From the human T2T-CHM13v2.0 reference genome, Homo sapiens: 64,000 bases of DNA. Shown piece after piece: positions 49,988 to 64,000 of the stretch. Positions within the stretch are counted from its first letter, which is position 1. Each line of letters opens with the position of its first letter. Made by a program: the position numbers and the translations under genes. The stretch is taken from assembly GCF_009914755.1 (NCBI RefSeq), contig NC_060926.1, one strand, 5' to 3'. The notes below the pieces were generated by a model, which was not told where the DNA came from, did no database searches, and saw nothing but the letters and a program-made list of their open reading frames with translations.

Positions 49988-50029
49988 AGAAGCAGGCAGC
50001 TATCTAAGGAGATGGAGACTGATGAGGAA

Positions 50030-52500
<2,471 letters not shown>

Positions 52501-52542
52501 TGGAGGACTGAACAGCTGCATTTCTTTCTTTCCTTCTTTTTT

Positions 52543-53150
52543 CCAGGAACACGTGCACTTTATTGAATGCCATTGTAGAAAAGTGTGTGAGAATAAAGGG
52601 CTGATACAGAACTCAGGCCCAGGGTGCAGGGCCCGCAATGGACAGCGAGTACCTGGGCGCTACTGCTGGCCTTGGAGATTCTTTATCATTTGAGAAATTG
52701 CTTGGAATATTATCATAGAACTACTGGTGAAAAGGATGATGAGTGTTGTGGTCACATGGATGCCCAGGATGAGGGTGCAAACGTTCAGGCACTTGGCAGT
52801 GGAGGCGTAGGCCTGGGCCCCAGTCAGGTCGCCAACCATCTTCCTGTCCCTAGACTTCACGGAGTAGGTGAATGCTATGAAGCCCAGATGGCACCAATTC
52901 ATGAAGAGAGTGTTGAACAGGGACCAGACGACATGGCTGGGCACAGTGGTCTCACTGTGGATGTGGATCACGGTGGATGTCGGGGGAACAGGGTTGTGGG
53001 GCACCCTCAGCACAGCCACCTCATGCTCCTCCTTGAGCATTTCATAGTTGAGGGGGTGGCTGGTGTTGGCGGGAGTGAAGACGGTTTGGACAGCGTGGTT
53101 CATCGTGTCCAGGGAAGATCAGTTGTGGTCGGGATGGTGGGATGGTTCTC
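52543..53150 (-). pseudogene. IFITM3P: processed IFITM3-like retrocopy: 47-nt 5'UTR, CDS, 3'UTR, decayed A tail
   Basis: No intron at the SVK/SRD junction; AATAAA at 52559-52564 (minus); A-rich tail; TSD CAGCTGCATTT(C/A)TTTCT at 52513-52529 and 53151-53167; 5'UTR GAGAACCATCCC..CTGGACACG-ATG resembles IFITM3. Confidence 0.95.
52660..53103 (-). CDS. intact 147-aa IFITM (CD225) ORF in the retrocopy; coding status unknown
   Basis: [66 protein letters not shown]; no stop or frameshift; 27 differences from recalled human IFITM3 over residues 1-124. Confidence 0.4.
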
Positions 53151-53306
53151 CAGCTGCATTTATTTCTGTTTCCCCTTGAATTCTCACTAAAATGACAACA
53201 AAAGGTTTAAAATGCATAAACCTATGGAACGGAGAAAACGAGAGCAGTGATAGGAGAATACGAGAGATGTCAATACAATTTTGGAATCTAGAAAGTAGAT
53301 GGATGA

Positions 53307-54636
<1,330 letters not shown>

Positions 54637-55638
54637 TTATTTGGGGAAAAAAAATAGAGTTAAAGAAAACCTGAAGAAACAGTTTAAAAATGGAAAGAAG
54701 TTGCTTTTGGGGGGAAGAAATTGGATACTCCTTTTTATTCTAAGCCTTGTAAAACTGTTCGATTTTAATTTTTTTACATATTTATAACTAGTTACATGAC
54801 GTTTTAAAACAATACATGTACAGCTTTGATAAAATAAATTTTAATGTTTAAAAAATAAAGAGAAAGTAAGAGATGAGAGAGAGAAGACAAGTAAAGATGC
54901 AACAGGTCTATTGAAAAGTCTGGACTTGGTATAGACAGCAAACAGCTTTAATTTTCTTCCATTGTTGCTTTCAATCACTTTCCAATTGAATTTCATTTTC
55001 CTGTTACTTAATGAAATATTGAGCTGATTTCCTAACTTTCTGGTGACTTTCGACTACTAACTCTATCCCATTTTAAGTGCTAATCTCAATAATTTTAATC
55101 TCGCTCCCACCCACTCCCACAAGGCAACTGGCTTTTGGAGTTGGAGTGTAGACCCGGAGGAGTCTGTTCTTTTCAACTCCTGCTGCCAGTTTCCTGAGGT
55201 GGGATACCTGACCTTGGCTCAGACCTCTTCCAACCCCTCAGCTTCCCCTCCCGCTTCTTCCCTGACAGTCCTGGTCAGTGAGCTCAAAACCTTTCCCTGG
55301 GTTTCCTTGAATCACAAAAACGTAACACTCCCAACAGGGAGGACAAGCTGCCTGCTGCAGCCTCCGCTCTGCCTGACCGCCCCCCAGCTCCCCTGTCCCC
55401 CTCTCAGATGGGCAGAGGGAGACAGATGCCCAGCTGGAGAAAGGACATCATCTCCTCCACTCGCAGTCACAGGTGGATCTCTGGGACCCCCCACTTGCTT
55501 TACAGGAGGAGAACGAAGGGCACAGCTCTCCCCACTAGGCTGACAGCCAGTGTGATCCCTCTATTTTTTTCTTTTTAATATAAACTAAGGAGTGATAGGA
55601 AAAGTGAAGTGACAGCTGGGGGAAACAGAGACAGTTAA

Positions 55639-55944
<306 letters not shown>

Positions 55945-56159
55945 AAACCATCTCTTAATACACTTCTTTGTCTCCAACTTTGGCCCTCATCATCAGTTCC
56001 AGGACCACAGAGAAAGTCCCACCCAATATGTCATTTCAGAATTTTTTGGAGTGTTGCTGTTGAGAGAAGCAGAGACATGGTTGCTGGAGAAGGATATGGG
56101 ATCAGAGAGGCATTTCCTTAGTTTATTCCTTTCTCTTTCTTTCTTTTTATTTCTTCCTT

Positions 56160-57220
<1,061 letters not shown>

Positions 57221-57867
57221 AATCATAAAAGACAAAAATTTTTAAAAAAACTTTAAAAATAAAATAAAATAAAAATAAAAAGAGACAAAAGGAGCCAGGC
57301 CAACAGCTAAGAGTGAGAAGGAGAGAGGTGATATTGAAAGGTTGATGACAGAGGAAAAAGCTATAAGGTAGTCATTTCAAAGGGGGAGAGCAACTTGACC
57401 ATGGCAATAAGCTGGACAACTGGACGAGGCTGTGGGCTCCTGACATTCACCATCCTATGTGGGCTTTTTTCCGCCACAGCTAGCTGCTCAGGTGCAGGCA
57501 GGGAATGGAGGGTGAGGGGTGCTAAGTTCATCAGAGTTGGGGTTTTGCCAGGGAAGTGTGGATGGAAAGAGAGGCAGGTGAATTGAATGTCATATCAAGG
57601 TGTGATGTCAGGGATGAACCACGGAATCCAAACTGATCAAGGTGGGAAGAAGGGAGACAAGGAGGTCATAGAAAAGCGAGTAATTGAGGGGAGGTCGGTG
57701 GACTGGGGTCCCAGTGGGAAGAATGCTGGAGCATGTCAAGAGACTGAACATTTGGGAGTTTTCCTGGGATTTCCTCCATATCATGAAACACTTGTTCCCA
57801 CTGTTCTTGCTGTAATTCCCTAGCATTGCCTCACTTACCATCTTTCTGTGGGTCCTCTTTATGTTAG

Positions 57868-58933
<1,066 letters not shown>

Positions 58934-59247
58934 TCATGTAGTCGGAGAGAGAGAGCATTGTCTGCGTGTATCTCCCATGGTAGTAGAATTCCCCAGGGCC
59001 TGGCTTGCTTGGCAAGGGGCTAATGCAGGGCAGTAGCCGACAATAGCTGGCTCTGGGTGTCCACTTAAAAGCCCCAAAACTCATAAGGAATCATGGGTTA
59101 TTAATATGGCAAGAGGACGAGAGAGATTTGTTTCTGCACACACCTGAGAGCCCCCTGGCTTCAAGTTTTCCAAATTTGCTTTAAAATAATTGTTCTGTTT
59201 CCTATAGTAGCAACAGTTTTATGGTAGCAAAGATGGTTCACTGGATC

Positions 59248-59983
59248 TGCTATGGTTAGACTGTGTCCCCTCCAAAATGCAGCTGTTGAAACTTAATGGT
59301 GGATATGGTTTGGCTCTGTGTCCCCATCCAAATCTCATGTCAAATTGTAATTCCCCATGTTGGGGAGGGACCTGGTGGAAGGTGATTGAATCATGGGGGA
59401 GGATTTTCCCCTTGCTTTTCTTATGATAGTAAGTGAGTTCTCATGAGCTCTGGTTGTTTAAAAGTGTGTTGCACATCCCCCCCTTACTCTCTCTCTCCTG
59501 TTGCCATCTAAAGACATGCTTGCTTCCCCTTTTCCCTTCCACCATGATTGTAAGTTCCCTGAAGCCTCCCCAGCCATGCTGCCTATACAGCCTGTGAAAC
59601 TGTGAGCCAATTAAACCTCTTTTCTTTATAAATTACCCAGGCTCAGGTAGTTCTTTATGGCAGTGTGAGAATGGACTAATACAATGGCCAATTGATAGTA
59701 TTAAGAGGTGGGGCCTTTAAGAGGTGAGTAGGCCATGGGGGCTTCTTCCTCATGAATAGGATTAAGGCCTTTGTAAAGGAAGCCTCACACAGCATTCCTC
59801 CCCTCCATAGCATACAGCAACAAGGTGCCATCTTGGAATCAAAAAGCAGCCTTCACCAACCAAACCTGCTGGTACCTTGATCTTCGACTTCCCAGCTGTG
59901 AAAACTGTGAGAAATAAGTTTGTGTTCTTTATAAATTACCCAGTCTCAGGTATTGTGTTATAGCAACACAAACAGCTAAGACA
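59248..59983 (+). mobile_element. MSTC/D-type LTR with a nested MSTA LTR (59301-59683)
   Basis: Outer TGCTATGGTT...CTAAGACA; inner GATATGGTTTGG...GGACTAATACA with TSD ATGGT/ATGGC. Confidence 0.85.
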
Positions 59984-59989
59984 ACATCT

Positions 59990-60386
59990 CAAAATTTATT
60001 CTCTTCTTTTTAAATAATAGCACCCCTAATTTTTAACTCGACACATGGGTATCCAAAATAAAAACCAGACTCATTTGTAGCTAGGTGTGGCCATAAATCT
60101 AAATCCTGAGCACAATGGGTTGTGATTTCTGGTCATACCCTTAAAAGTATCTGGTCATACCTTAAAAGTCATCCCTTCACCCTTTTTCTTGCCTCTACCC
60201 CTCTGCTTGGAATGGCAAAGAAACAGGGCAGAAGGAGCCAAGGTCTCTGCATGATCTTGTGGATCAGAGCCACTATACCTGCCCTGGGCCATCTTCACAA
60301 GACAGAAATAAGCTTCCATCTGGTTCAGCACACTGTTACTTTGGGGCTCTGTTACCTTCACCTGAGATTGTATCCTAACTAATACC
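59990..60386 (+). mobile_element. MLT1I/J-type LTR
   Basis: TTTGTAGCTAGGTGTGGCCAT..GAAATAAGCTTC..TCCTAACTAATAC. Confidence 0.6.
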
Positions 60387-60548
60387 TTCATCCCTCTCTT
60401 TCTTTAGCTATGTAGGTGACAGACGTACAAAATGCCTAATGCATGCTTTGCTCTTTCCATCCTTCATTCCATTCTTGAATCCATCATTGATAAGATTGTT
60501 ACTTTGGTGATTTTCTTCTTAATAATAGAGCATTTAAAATTTATATCA

Positions 60549-63295
<2,747 letters not shown>

Positions 63296-63669
63296 CAGAG
63301 GTCTGTGGCTCCCTAAATATCTGCTTTGCTTCTCCATCTTGAAGACATGGAGAACATAAGGGATTGGAGAGAAAGAGGAGGAAATATGTGCAACCTTCCA
63401 TTTTGTGCTGACCAAGGCAGGAGCACCCACAGGAGGCAGGAGATGCCTGTGGCAGATGATCAGGAAGGAGAGATATTCTTTCCAGAAGCTTAAGGTGTTC
63501 CTCCATTTGGAGGCTTCTTACCACAAGATTTAACCTGCCTAGTTGGGAATCACGTTGATGACACGCGGTGCTAACCAGGAGTAGAAGCAGCTTCTCCTCC
63601 CCACCCCACCCTACCCCCAACTCCTCTGGACTCTGGGCCCCTGCTTGACACAAGGTTTTTACTTGGTAA

Positions 63670-63930
63670 TAATAATTAACTAACATTTATGGAGTGCTTC
63701 CTTTGCCAGGCACTGCTATAAGCATTCAATACATATTACCTTATTTGAATCTTACAAGATTCTTATAAGGTAGATATTATTATTATTATTTCCATTTTAT
63801 AAATGAGGAAATGGGAGCAAAAAAGTTCATCTGTCCAAGGTTGCAGATTACAAGTGGCAGAGCCAGGATTCAAACCCAGACAGTCTGACCCCAGTTCCCT
63901 CTTACTTAAGCATTACTTTGTGCTGCTTCT
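63670..63930. mobile_element. MIR
   Basis: CCATTTTATAAATGAGGAAA..GTGGCAGAGCCAGGATTCAAACCCAG. Confidence 0.85.
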
Positions 63931-64000
63931 TATTATCTTACAGATAATTTTCTTCTCTGAGTAGTATCTCAGTTCCCAGCTGTGTTTTAACTTCAAAATA

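Noticed and set aside
52624-53190. 188-aa + strand ORF
   Set aside because: Antisense shadow of the IFITM coding sequence; no independent homology recognised
60128-60170. Short tandem duplication TCTGGTCATACC(C)TTAAAAGT (similar cases near 31447 and 21691)
   Set aside because: Ordinary two-copy slippage duplications; not array-like

Overview
Primate (human-like) non-coding genomic DNA, intergenic or deep-intronic. I found no convincing spliced protein-coding exons, and almost all listed ORFs are artefacts of Alu, L1, LTR or microsatellite sequence. A large share of the window is interspersed repeat: about 45 Alu pieces, THE1/MST/MLT1/LTR33 solo LTRs (several with clear 5-bp TSDs), L1M/L2/MIR fragments, and DNA transposons (Charlie1a, MER2, MER33, MER53, MER94, MER5, three MADE1). 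Two retrocopies are present: a 7SL RNA pseudogene (10564-10861) and a processed IFITM3-like retrocopy (52543-53150, minus strand) with an uninterrupted 147-aa ORF. The IFITM copy is the most interesting element. It pairs an IFITM3 N-terminus with W70, a long C-terminal tail like IFITM1 and non-primate IFITM3, and a mosaic IFITM1/IFITM3 3'UTR, so it may be a fossil mRNA of an ancestral long-tailed IFITM3. Other notable signals are a 40-bp near-perfect copy next to a hairpin (repair-scar-like), a ~110-bp unexplained inverted repeat, a strong CTCF motif beside a perfect 20-bp palindrome, and several repeat-free motif clusters that may be enhancers. Repeat subfamily calls and reference-sequence comparisons are from memory of consensus sequences and need a RepeatMasker/BLAST check.
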